From positions 1 to 62,585 of the forward strand of contig JAAILG010001725.1 of NCBI GenBank assembly GCA_012026655.1: a stretch of DNA of 62,585 nucleotides, read 5' to 3'. Shown here piece by piece: positions 35,094 through 46,559 of the stretch (positions are counted from its first letter, which is position 1; the number at the start of each line of letters is the position of its first letter). The notes below the pieces were generated by a model, which did no database searches, was not told the origin of the DNA, and saw only the letters and a program-made list of their open reading frames with translations. The stretch is from Hydrolagus affinis. Its lineage: Eukaryota. The translations under genes were made by a program, and so were the position numbers.

Positions 35094-37439
35094 CTGCAGG
35101 TGGGAGAAGAGGACAAAATAATCAACATCACCGTTGCTTTTTAAAAGTTACAAGACCAGTTCAAAGTCGTATTAAAGGGAACCGAAATGGCATTTATTCC
35201 CATGGACTCTGATGTGGACATGCAAGACAGCAACCGAACAACACCAGTTTGTATACACAAGATTTCTAGGGATGCTCTGACCCTGCTGATCAGAGAAACT
35301 TTGTGCGCACAACTTTCTGTACATTATACCAACAGTTCATTTTTTTTTGCTGGTAGCAAAGGCAAGTCATTGGAGGTGGAGATAGTCTGCAGATCAAGAG
35401 AGGTACAAAGTTATTCAGAGACAATGAAAAAGGCAGAGAAGGCAAGACACAAATTGTGGAAGAGACAGACAGACACACACATACTCAAGAGGAAAACTTT
35501 GCAAAGAGAGAAGAAAAACACAAATTGAGAGGAGGGTTGTCACACATCAGTGTTATAATAATCTTTTGCATTTGATATAGCACCTTATCAATATATACCG
35601 GTATTTATATATTTAGTCCTGTAGCAAATCTATATTGGGTTTTTATGTCCAATTATCCACACTGCCTGCTTATCTACAAGGCTGAGGTCTGACACATGCC
35701 CTATTCCATTCCCCAACATTTCTTTACCTCCACTTAATGAGCCAAAAATGAGCAAAAGCAAGAACCAGATCAAGGATACACAAAGAAGCAAGAGGTTAAC
35801 TATCAGAATTCTTCGTTGTGGGAGGAAAAAATGCAACTCCGCATTATACAAATCCTGATCAACCTTGAGACACAAATGCACGCAAACTGTCCCTGGTGAG
35901 CAACAAAGGGGAGTGAGTATTAAACTGTATTAAACCTGGTCTGTTGCCAGGGTTGGAATTTTTTTCCAGCATCCTGCAATCCTGCAGCCTGAAACAGGAA
36001 AAAAACTGTTGATATTTGGCAGGAGAATACAATTATTAGAACACTCTGATCAAATGCAAAACGGAAGAAAGAGTGAAGAATGGAAAGTGAGAGAATTAAT
36101 CCATTCTGAAACCATGTACTCAGCACAAGAATACAACCCAATATCGTAATTTGTTGCTCAGGTTATCACTATATAGCTGATGAATGTAAATACTTAACTG
36201 GAATCCACAAACTCCTGACTCAACTGAGAACACTTTAAAACCTCTGCATTTCAAGGTTATTCCTTCTTTTATACATTAGGTCCAGTACAGAGTGGCTAAA
36301 ATGAGGTAATGACTAAATGACCGTTTGAGGGAAATGATCCAATACAAGAAACATTTGCACGTTCTCTGTATTCTCATTCAGCATTTTGTGAAGTTAATCT
36401 ACTTTAGTACCAGAATTTAGGAAGAAAGATTAAATTGATACATTGGGTTTGAGGGAATGATTTGAGGGAATGAGGGAAATTTGCTTGTGATTTGCAAGGA
36501 CCCCTGATGGCAACAGGAACAATCTAACTGAAGTGGAGGGCTTGCAGGGCTCAAGTATTGTCCCCTTTGTGGAGCTTTGGAAGATAGCGGTTAACATGTT
36601 CCCTGCAATTTATGCTAGGCTACCTAATGAGGTAGATTGTAGGTAACAGGTTAATGGGGAGAGAAAGAAGTGGGAGTTGAAACATGCATCATTACAAAGG
36701 CATCCCAACGGGTCTGTGAAGGTACCGCGTTCAATCCTTCATTCTGAACTCTAGCAAAACCCGATGTGGACAAGACACTGTAAGTTAAGGCTATCAATTG
36801 ACACAGATCAGAGCCTATTTGCAGACACTCTGAACTATTGACAAAATGTCAGCATTCACACGAGATGACCACCAAATGCTATTTAAATAGCAATCACCAG
36901 TTCAATAAGATATCTCATCTTTTTATTGACAATGCAATTGAAGTGATCACCCATTTAAGGGAACTTTGCACTTTCAGATTTCCTAGGCATCTGGAAATTC
37001 CCTGAGGCTGTAGGTAATGGAAAAGAATGTTCAGACATAACCAAACATGATGGCAATTATTTTTTGGGGGGAATTCAAGCCAAGATCTTGCTGCTATGAA
37101 TACAGAACAAATAACTGGCTGTACATAGTACGATGGTAAGAGCTGATCCCAAGAATGCATTGGACCTGGAATAGGTAAGTATAGTCTCTATGGCAAACAC
37201 ACCAAAGCCATCCTTCTCAAGAGAAAGGAGGGCAGGATTATTTTTGTTAATATTTTCTGTGCCTCATTTCATTGTTCCATCTGTTAAGTTGTCATTCTGC
37301 AGGAGAAATAGTACCTTCAAGCAAGTGGGCATTATTCATTGTTGAGCCTCGGTAGTGTTGAGAGTTAGCAGAATATATGTCCATTAAATGGGTGGGGAAG
37401 AGAATAAATCTCCATCAGAAACAATGAACCAGTGCGCAA

Positions 37440-37980
37440 TCTAGGCATTTAGCTTGACCCCCAACTGTTCTTCCTCCCCCACATCTGGTCCACGACCAGG
37501 ACTGCCTTCTTCCACTTTCGCCACATTGCCTACCTCCGACCAATACCTTACTGCAAATGCAGCCGAAACCCCCGTGTATGTGTTTGTCACTTACGGCTTG
37601 GAATACTGCAATGCACTCCTCGCCAGGTCTCCCCAAAACACCATTCAAAAAATCCAGTTGATTCAGAACTCTGCAGCCCACATACTGATCCGGACCAAAC
37701 TATGTGCACACATCTCATGAGTTCTGGTGAGGCTCCACTGGTTCCCCATCACTGAACTGATTAACTGCAAGATCCATATTCAAATCCACTCACTCCCTGA
37801 CACTTCCTTACCTCTCCAATCTCCTCACTTCCAAATCCGCCACCGGCACCTCCGTTCGATTAGCACCAGCCTTCTGTTCGTCCCACCGCCCCACTACCGG
37901 AGGTTGTGCTTTCAGCCCCAAACTCCGGAACACTCTCCCTCAATCCCTCCGCCTTGCCCACTCTTTAGTCTTCAGTTTAA
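37440..37980 (+). mobile_element. L2 LINE 3' fragment
   Basis: AAETPVYVFVTYGLEYCNALLA...IQLIQNSAAHIL and LHWFPI are L2 ORF2 C-terminal motifs. Confidence 0.85.
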
Positions 37981-38314
37981 GAATACAAACACACGGACGA
38001 TGCTACACTTCATTTTTGTCAGCAAATTCAGCATAGAACCAAGGATTGAATCTGGAACCTTCACAGTCCAGCACCATATGATTCGAGTGTAAGTACTTGG
38101 ATCCCATAAGGATATTGATACTAGAACACAATGGAGCCCATGGCTAAGATGGTAATCTCGCATCGTGAAAGTGCTACATTATAACTGAATGTCATTGGAA
38201 TCATCCTCACTAGCAAGAATTCTTACACAAGCAAGTGCTGGATCTGTCGTTGATAAGGATTATAGTCAGTTACTTTTATACACTGTAGTCTTGTAAATAT
38301 ACAACACTAAACTA

Positions 38315-38484
38315 CATTAAAAGCCTGTTTATCCGGCACCCGATCAACTGTAACTTCTGTATAACCGGCGTCGCAAAAAAAATAATCCGCATTCGATTAA
38401 CCGGAATTTATCCAGAAAAATGCATTGGAAAAAAACGTTTTTTTTTGTTTTCGGCAGAATATCCGGCAGGCGCTTTAACAGCAC
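38315..38484. mobile_element. Truncated copy of the 14194 MITE in the opposite orientation
   Basis: TA|cattaaaagcctgtttatccggcacccgatcaac... matches the reverse complement of 14245-14420. The second TIR is missing. Confidence 0.85.
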
Positions 38485-38773
38485 TACACAACATTATACC
38501 TTCTAATTGATTTAAGCTTCTAAAATAAATAAGACTCAAAGGCGTATAAAACCCAGCAGTGTGCTGGCACCACCCAGTGGTTGCTCATGTCATTGCTTAA
38601 TACTGTACAGAAGTCAGGACTCAAAATAGCCAATTTTTGAGCCCAACAAAAGCACAGGCCAAGAGGCTGACAAATCTGTAAATCAGTACATTTCACATAT
38701 AGATGTCACATTTCACAATCAGTTAATTATTCAATCTTTCATCTGAACATGCCTTGAAGAGGACTGTACTTAC

Positions 38774-38894
38774 ACAAGGCAACTGAGATCAGCTAAGTCA
38801 TCAATGAAATCAAAGAGCTGGCTAATGTCATATGTAATCGATGGGCTGTTCGGGTTCATTCGTTTCAGATGCTCTTCATACATCTTACAGACAC
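38774..38894 (-). CDS. ERH: ERH exon 3 (121 nt)
   Basis: cttag|GT GTC TGT...CTT GT|gtaagt encodes [39 protein letters not shown]. Confidence 0.97.
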
Positions 38895-39303
38895 CTAAGG
38901 ACAAAGATCGAAGTAAAGGTAACCACTTTATGTTTGCAATGCTTCCATGTTAGCTAATGTTTGATGGCTAGAAATGGCCAAATACAAGTCAAGAAAATAT
39001 ACAACGATCAAATGGGGAACATGCATTTAATCCAGGCAATCCCATGTAGCAGAATTAAACTAATCGATGGTGGCTTCTTTAAGAACACTAGGCTGAGTGA
39101 TAAAATCAACGTTGAATAGTTGCCACGTTTACAGTATACCACAAAGGCACAATTAAAGTTGCAATTAGTGAACTCCAAACATGTCAACTGGCAGAGTTAA
39201 GTCGGTCAGTCTTTGCGTTTAAATTTCAATAAGATGCATTTATATAACGATTCTCAAACGCAGTATATCCCAGAGTACTTAAGCATCACAATATATCTAT
39301 ATA

Positions 39304-40028
39304 CAGTAGAAGCCTGTTTATCCACGACTCGTTGAACCGACACTTCTGTATAACCAGCACACCCCCAAAAAAGTCCCCATTAGATAAACCGGAACTCATC
39401 CGGAACAATAGTGGTGGAGCATTTGTAAATGCATAAATAAGATAATAACAAAATAGTGTATTGATAGTTATTGTTAAAAATACTCTCCTGCGCTTCTCAC
39501 CTTTACTGGTAGATGCTGTGCCATGATACTGCGGTTGACGTTTATAGTCCAGCGATTCTTTTTAAAATGGAGGACGCCAAGCGGGTGAAAAAACCAGAGC
39601 GCGACTTTAAAGCCTTACTAGTGGCAAGCCGATAACGCTAGCCGATAACCCACATTGTCGCACTGGTACACTATTTTGGTTTGCCGTGAGTAGAGTCTAG
39701 GGTTATCGGCTTGCTGCTAGTAAAGCTTTAAAGTCCCGTTGCCTTTTTTTTTCACCTGGTTGGCGTCCTCCATTTTAAAAAGAATCGCTGGACGATGAAC
39801 CTCAACCAGTAAAGGTGAGAAGCGCAAGAGTGTAGTTTTAACAATAAGTACCAATACAATATTCTGTTATTATCTGTTATTATTTAATCTGGTGTGTATG
39901 GTGTGTGTTAAAAGAACTTTTAATTTTTTTGTGGTGGGTTTATGGCCACGGGCCGCCCGAATATACGGCAGACACTTTAACCGGCAATAGCCAGGTCCTG
40001 CGGGTGCCGTATAAACCGGCTTTTACTG
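39304..40028. mobile_element. 725-bp non-autonomous Tc1/mariner-pogo-type element with an internal long inverted repeat
   Basis: TA|CAGTAGAAGCCTGTTTAT ... ATAAACCGGCTTTTACTG|TA. Its TIRs and subtermini are related to the 14194 MITE. Internal arms are 39440-39641 and 39697-39875. Confidence 0.88.
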
Positions 40029-40106
40029 TAGTAACTTTCGTGTCAGGAAAAAATGTGCTCAAAAATTTGATCATTCTGCTCCAGGCTGTGTTCCAGGTTA
40101 TCCGGA

Positions 40107-40122
40107 GCCACTAGAGGGAGCC
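40107..40122 (+). promoter_or_regulatory. Candidate CTCF site
   Basis: GCCACTAGAGGGAGCC is close to the CTCF core CCAC(C/T)AG(A/G)(G/T)GGCRC. Motif match only. Confidence 0.45.
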
Positions 40123-41486
40123 TCATCTCATCTCCCTGAGATGAGGCTTTGAATTCTAATGCAAGTAACTGCCATAGCTGTTTGTAATCAGTCTTCACAG
40201 GCAGAAACTATTGAACTGCTCCCAGGCAAAGTAAAGGAGGTCACGCTAAAAATAGATGGCAACAGAGGCCCCTTCCCTATCATTACCTCAAGCCTGGTGG
40301 GATGGGAGCAAAGAGTAAAGTTTAAGAGTAAAATAATAATAATAATGATGATCACTGCATATGGTATAGTTCTCTTCATTTTCGGAGGTTGTCACAGGAT
40401 TTATGGGGGAGTGATTTTATTTGTGGGCAAATGAGGCATCCGGTTTGCATACAGTAAGCATCACAATAAGCCAAAGAGTGAATAACCAATTTTATATGGG
40501 GGATTTTTGGACACCAGGTTAATTTTAAAATTGTTATAATTAAGAGAGGAAAAAAAATTAAACGTCACTAGAATATGGAATGAACTAATTAGTCAATTAG
40601 TCACAAGAGACAGAGTTGCTGACTTGGTTAATCAGGTTAATAAGAGATGTGGAGAAAAGGCGTAGGAATGGAATTAAAGAAATATATTCATTAATGGGCT
40701 TGCCAGGTCACCATTACAGTGTTCCTAAAATACACCTGGAATTTCAAAGAAGTCACCTTCCCCATCATCACCAAAAAACTAGTGTGGGAGTTGGGGGCTG
40801 AGATAGAGACTTCAGTAATTCAATTTGAGATTTCTTGTTAGGTTCAAATTTATAGGTTACATCTCAATTAATTCCTCATGAACATTCTGCTGCAGGTTGA
40901 AGTTTCTTTCCCGTGTGGGATCATTTGCACATGTTGAAATTTTCGTAAGGCACTATAATGTGACATTTGCCAAATTAATGGTTTAGAAGAGAACAATTGA
41001 AGCACAATAGGCCAGGTGTATCTTTGTTTTACTCCAAGGATATGTTTAGACACAAATATTGCCACCTGCAATTTGAACAATGTTCTTGATGTGGGAGGCC
41101 AGGCCTTCAAGCACGGTAGCACCTTGGAATGCTTAACATTGTTAGAGCTAGAAACCAAGCTGGGGGGAAGTGACCATAAGCATGATGAAAAGGAAGGTCT
41201 TCAGTTGTAATCTGGAATTTCTCTCCCTCCCTCCACTTTGTCCCCTCCCATATTTTCAAAGTTTTGACGTGTAGTGGCTGATATCACAAATGCCGAAGGT
41301 GGAGAGGACGAGGAACAAACAGGAGACATTTATACATATGTCAGAGAGAGATGTACATACACACTTCCACAAGCTATCAATATAGCAGAGCTGGCTCCAT
41401 GGTTAGCCTACTCCTACATTTCAAACCCCCCAAAAAGCCTGGAGCATTATGATTTTAAAAACACACACAAGGCATGAAGCACTCAC

Positions 41487-41574
41487 CTTCCATACATTCA
41501 TTTACGGACTCATAGTCAGCGTATGTTCTGCCCTCCGGCCTTTTGGTTGGCTGAACCAGCAAAATTGTATGAGA
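41487..41574 (-). CDS. ERH: ERH exon 2 (88 nt)
   Basis: acag|TCT CAT ACA...GAA G|gtgagt encodes [29 protein letters not shown]. Confidence 0.97.
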
Positions 41575-42224
41575 CTGTGAACAGAGGAATTAATCCGTTT
41601 ATTACATGGAAAGTGACACCTCGCTTTCTCCTTACCACAAGCAATACATAAAATATCTATAAAGTACAAAATTTCCTCAAAGGCAAGGCATTATAACATA
41701 AAATGTTAAACACGCTCAATATTGGGATCCACTGCTGTGTCCATCACACTTTACCAAGCAGATAGCCCATCTCAAGATCTTCAATACACAATCAATTTGC
41801 GCTCACCTTCCAACCAAGGAGAGCCAGAATAACAGTGCAAAAAGTGCATAGCAGGAAGTTCATTTATGATCTGCATCTTAGCATAGAGTAGATGCAGGGA
41901 AATTACAAAGACTAAACTTAATATATCAAGATGATTTAGCATGGCAGTGCTTACACTTTGCATTAGCTCCGGTTAGGATTTTAATAACTTCCACCCAAGC
42001 AATAAGTTCTATTTATGGATAAAGTTTGTAGTATGGCACGGGGCTCACTGATGAATAGAAATATAACAGCTGACATGATTATATATTGATCAAAAACTGA
42101 TTTTATTTGTGCAGGTGTATGGTGGGGAAAGAGGAAAAAGTGGGGGTGGAGGGAAGTTAGGAAGAGAATGAAATCACAGATGACACAACATGGAAACAGG
42201 CCCAACTGTTCAAATTGTAATATC

Positions 42225-42552
42225 ATTGTATATTTTATGAAGTGCTTTGAGAAATCTAGAAGATGTGAAAAGCGCTATATCAAATGCAAGGATTATTAAT
42301 ATTCTAAATTTCCTTACTACTTCAAGAAAAAAAATTAGTCACTTCAATCCATGACTGTTTATGGGACACTGCTATGTGCAATTGGCTGCTGCGTTTCACC
42401 CACAAATATACAACCAATTGTGATCAATGGCTGCCATGTTTCGCTCACAAAATACACAGCCAATTCATCTTAACAGTATATTCTGTGAAGCGCTTTAAGA
42501 TGTCTAGAAGTCGTGAAAAGCGCTATATCAAAGGCAAGGATATTAATATTAT
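42225..42552 (+). mobile_element. Tandem Deu-type SINE fragments with an internal body duplication
   Basis: Two tails (42270-42300 and 42520-42550) and a duplicated caattggctgc...cacaaatatac segment. Confidence 0.75.
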
Positions 42553-44343
42553 TCAAAATCAGTAAGTGTAGAACTGTGTAAAGTTGTCCCAATTTGTTTT
42601 CAAAAATGACGTATAACAGCAGATTGGTATACGGTATGCCACCTCTACTGGTAGTGAAAAGCACGTTGAGAAACACCTCCATTAGCACAACCAAGGGCAC
42701 AACAAAGACAACGGATTTTAGAAAGGATCAGATTTAAATGGATATGGGACACAACTCCCAACAAAGATTGCAGGGATCACCTCCTTCAAAAACAACTGGA
42801 TCTGCTTGAGAAGAATGTTGGGTGGTTAAGTGTGCAGCTGGACATAAATGCTTGCATCATATTTTGGAGAAGCGAAGAATCCATAACAGAAGCAGGCTAG
42901 AATATTTAATCATGGATATTTTTTCTGAAAGTTTATCTCCATTATATTTCACAAAGGTAGGAACAAGTGGGTGGGCTGCAATTCACAATGGCTTTTTGTG
43001 CTTCTTCCCGAGGTCTTGATTAATAAATGGCTGTGTTTTTAAAAAAATATTTCACACTTTCTTTTACTATAAGGGTAGAGCATGATAACTTTGCTATAAC
43101 TGGTGTGTTAGTTATTGTACAATAGTGCAAAAGGTTCTTAATCTGACCATAAATGCAATCTATCAGTACATTGCATCCAAAAATGCAAGACATCTGTCGG
43201 AAAGATTGCTTATATGAAACATTAAGAACTAAACACCACCCTGGTAAAAGACCCAGTGGTTAAATTAACTACTAATTTAATATTGCAAAGCATCAATGTC
43301 CTTGAAGGTTAATTCACAAACAAAAAGACAACCTCAATAATTTCTGTTGATGGAATCCAAACTAATAATTAAAATTATGCATATCTGGACATTTACTTTA
43401 TAATTTTAAACACACTACTTTAAAAGTACATAAGGGATGTCCCCAGAAATGTTATTTTCCATCTTGCATTTTACAGATGGGTTCAGGTACAAACGATATG
43501 TCCGTGCTAGTTCCAGTCACATTTTTGATAGCATCAATACCAGATTCATATGGGAATTCACCTGCACGTTTACTGCCTGAAATAAATAAAATAACATGAT
43601 TTAGTAAATGCACAAATAACTACAAACATAATATCCTATGTTGTACACAATTTAAAAAATATCGATATCAACCGACTGATTTACATTTTTAAAAAAATAT
43701 TTTTTACTGTGTAATTTTCCCACTATTTTAACCGCTTATATGTTGAAGACAGCAGCTCATTCTATCTTTCAATTTCTAGTCAGCATTCATTAATTTAGGA
43801 TGGATGTTTATTTTGGTCAAGAGTAGCCTATTTTGAAAGTTTATCTATCAATGTAAATAGATTTACACACTTTCTTTGTTAAAGTGCATCTCACTGGCAA
43901 CATTTTCTCACTGTTGATAGCCTTCCAGTTTACACGTCCCAGTTTGGAAGCAGAATTATATATTTAGTTCAGTAAACACTGCAAGGAACTTGATTCGGCA
44001 AACTTTTGCAATTTATAATCTGTGAACTTTTTAAAACAACATTACATCTGTATAGCGCCTTTCACGTCGGGCGGGCCAAAGCTTTTAAAGTCATTTGCAA
44101 CACTTCTCCCTGTCCTGAGGTTATATATAATAACAGGTCACTAACAACCCAGCCATGAGTGAGGCTCCAGGGGAGCCAGTAGGCCTCAGACCCTCAGCCA
44201 GCTACAGCCAACAAAAAGTAACCCTTGCTCTTCACGCAGGACTTTTATAGTAAGACGCTCGGTGTGGAGTTAAGATTAATACATCCGCTTTCCTCTCACA
44301 TAAGTTACCCGCTCCTGCCCCGGCTTCTCTGGCAGCACCTTAC

Positions 44344-44346
44344 CAT
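44344..44346 (-). CDS. ERH: ERH exon 1 coding part (initiator ATG only)
   Basis: Minus strand tctgagATG|gtaagg has a strong phase-0 donor joining to SHTILL. Total CDS 3+88+121+103 = 315 nt = 104 aa plus stop. Confidence 0.75.
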
Positions 44347-45265
44347 CTCAGACCCGACGCCACCATAATAACGCGCCACTTCTTTACCCATTCTCTGCCC
44401 AAACGGACGCACGTCGCTCGTCGCCATCTTTGTGCGGGGCACCAACCCTTCTTTCCACCTCCCAACAATTCTCCGACAACCCGATATAACAAGAGCCACC
44501 CGACTCAAAATAAAGTTGCGCATTATTTATTCCCACCCGCCCCCCCCGTAATATGAGGGGAAGCCCGAAAAGAGAAACGTGTATTTGATGCTTTAAAACC
44601 AACCTCTGGCGAAGGCGTATCGCCGGCGGCCATCTTTGTGCGGGGCAGAGAAGGAGGGAGAGAAGCTCTAAACATTCACGAAACAGCAACAACTTCCTTT
44701 TCAAAAAAAAACAGAAAAAAATAATACAAAAATCGCCTTGGCGATCGATGCCGGATAGGATCCCGCTTTTTCTCCGCCGAAAGAAGCGGTGGGTGATCGA
44801 GCCGAGAACGAGGTTCGCTGTGTGTGTTACTGCCGTGTGTGTGTGAGGTGGGAGAGGGAGGGAGTGTGACCCGCGGCCGCTTCCACCCGGAAGTAACTTG
44901 TGTGGCGGGAAGCGCGGCCGGAAGTTGACTGTTGAGCCCCGCAATGGCTGTGCGGTTCGGCTGGAGGCGGGTGTCGCGTTCGGGTTTTCTTTCTCCCTTT
45001 CTCTCGCTCGAGGCTGGCGGCCTTTTGATTCGTCAAATCTGCTCATAGGCGTCGGCTTGTGAATGCGTTAGAGCGGCCAGAGGAGGTTAGGGCGGTGTTA
45101 GTGAGTGACGGATCCAGAGGCCTCACATTTACCGTGTGTGTAAGCGTTTGGGCGGTAGTGTGAGCAGCGGGTTTGCTGAGGCCCAGCCGCCGTCTCCTCC
45201 CCTCCCCTCCGGTGTGTATCTCAGGCTTCTGTACGCTGCATGTACCAGGCAAGGATAGGGGCACC

Positions 45266-45361
45266 ATGGATGATCTCACGTCCATCAGCCTCCTCTCGCT
45301 GGCCATGCTGATCGGTTGTTACGTGGCAGGCGCCATCCCCTTGACTTTCAACCTGTCTGAG
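45266..45361 (+). CDS. SLC39A9: Zinc transporter ZIP9, exon 1 (96 nt)
   Basis: Kozak gcaccATGg; encodes [32 protein letters not shown]; donor GAG|gtaagg. Confidence 0.96.
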
Positions 45362-45599
45362 GTAAGGATAAACTGGGGCTGGCTGTGGTGCAGTCAGATC
45401 ACGGGGTGGGGGGGGGATTCCCAAAATGCGTTTTATTTATTTTTTGTGAAAGAAAGGGTAACAACGGGTTTGCTTTGGTTTCCCCCAAAAATGATAAATT
45501 GCTATTTTTCCACTGCTGAATTTATTTATCCAATTTATATGAATAAATGTATATACACATATTTTATATATATATATATATAATATACATGTATACGTG

Positions 45600-45838
45600 C
45601 TCCCCCACATCCAGTCCCTGATCAGGACCACTTTCTTTTCAGCAACTTGGGATGTCCTCCCAATGTGAAAGGTGCTATACAAATGTAATTTTGTTATTGT
45701 TGTTGTTTCTTCCATCTCCGCCACATTGCCCACCTTCGACTGTATCTTACCCCAAATACAGCCAAAACCCCTCTGCATGCATTTTTCATCACCCGCCTAG
45801 ATTATTCAAGCACACACCTTGCTGGTCCACTATTCAAA
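45600..45838 (+). mobile_element. L2 fragment, related to the copy at 46590-47100
   Basis: Shares cccccacatccagtc..., ttttcatcacc...gattattcaag and ccactattcaaaaaa with the downstream L2. Confidence 0.7.
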
Positions 45839-45861
45839 AAAAATTATATATGTACAGTATG

Positions 45862-46177
45862 TATAATAATCCTTGCATTTGATATAGCGCTTTTCATATC
45901 TTATCAACGTCCCAAAGCGCTTCACAGAATATACTGTAAAGTGAATTGACTGTATATTTGTGGGCGAATCGCGGCAGCCAATTGCGCACAGTAGTGCCCC
46001 ACAAACAGTCGTGGATTGAAATTACCAATTTTATTGTGTTTTTTTTGGAGGGATTATTATTAGGAGTGTGGAGTAAGGAAACTTGCCCAAGGTTTTGCCC
46101 TGACCTGCTTGGATTCGAACACAGGTCTTCCCAGCTTGCAAGACAAGTGCTCAAATCACTAAGCCACAGGAGCTCCA
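45862..46177 (-). mobile_element. Young full-length Deu-type SINE
   Basis: Tail, body, B box ggattcgaac and the head end ccacaggagctcc. Confidence 0.9.
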
Positions 46178-46221
46178 TATAATGTATATACACTGTATAT
46201 ATATATATATAATATATACAC

Positions 46222-46254
<33 letters not shown>

Positions 46255-46559
46255 CCACATATATACGCACACAAAGTGAAACCCAGTGCCAAAAGGAAAA
46301 GTTTGCCTTTTCTATTCTTTAGCTGATTCCTAAAGTTTAAAGTCTTCTGGGAATAAACAGAGTTAATTATAATTGTTTTAATTTCACTACCATTTGCCGT
46401 GTTGTATATGCTGAGGCTGAGTTACGATAACAAACGGGTTGTAGCTAAAGTGAGCAGGGCGGTGCCTATATCAGGTAAGACGAGAATTCCTGCAATTTTT
46501 TAAAAGGGCAACACTTGAACAAAGCTGTTTGCATTTCTGCATTTGGAGCATTAAATGCA

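Larger units (their letters stand above)
44280..45420. promoter_or_regulatory. CpG-rich bidirectional promoter shared by ERH (-) and SLC39A9 (+)
   Basis: High CpG density against depleted flanks, divergent start codons 920 bp apart, clustered CCGGAAGT ETS/GABP motifs (44888-44925) and two AAGATGGC YY1-type motifs. Confidence 0.88.

Noticed and set aside
35187-35528. 113-aa ORF antisense within ERH intron 3
   Set aside because: It has no recognisable homology or splice context, and its 3' half is purine-rich low-complexity sequence.
44384-45046. 220-aa minus-strand ORF across the promoter
   Set aside because: It lies in the GC-rich CpG island where stops are rare, has low-complexity content (poly-T, CA runs), shows no recognisable domain, and is not in the ERH frame.
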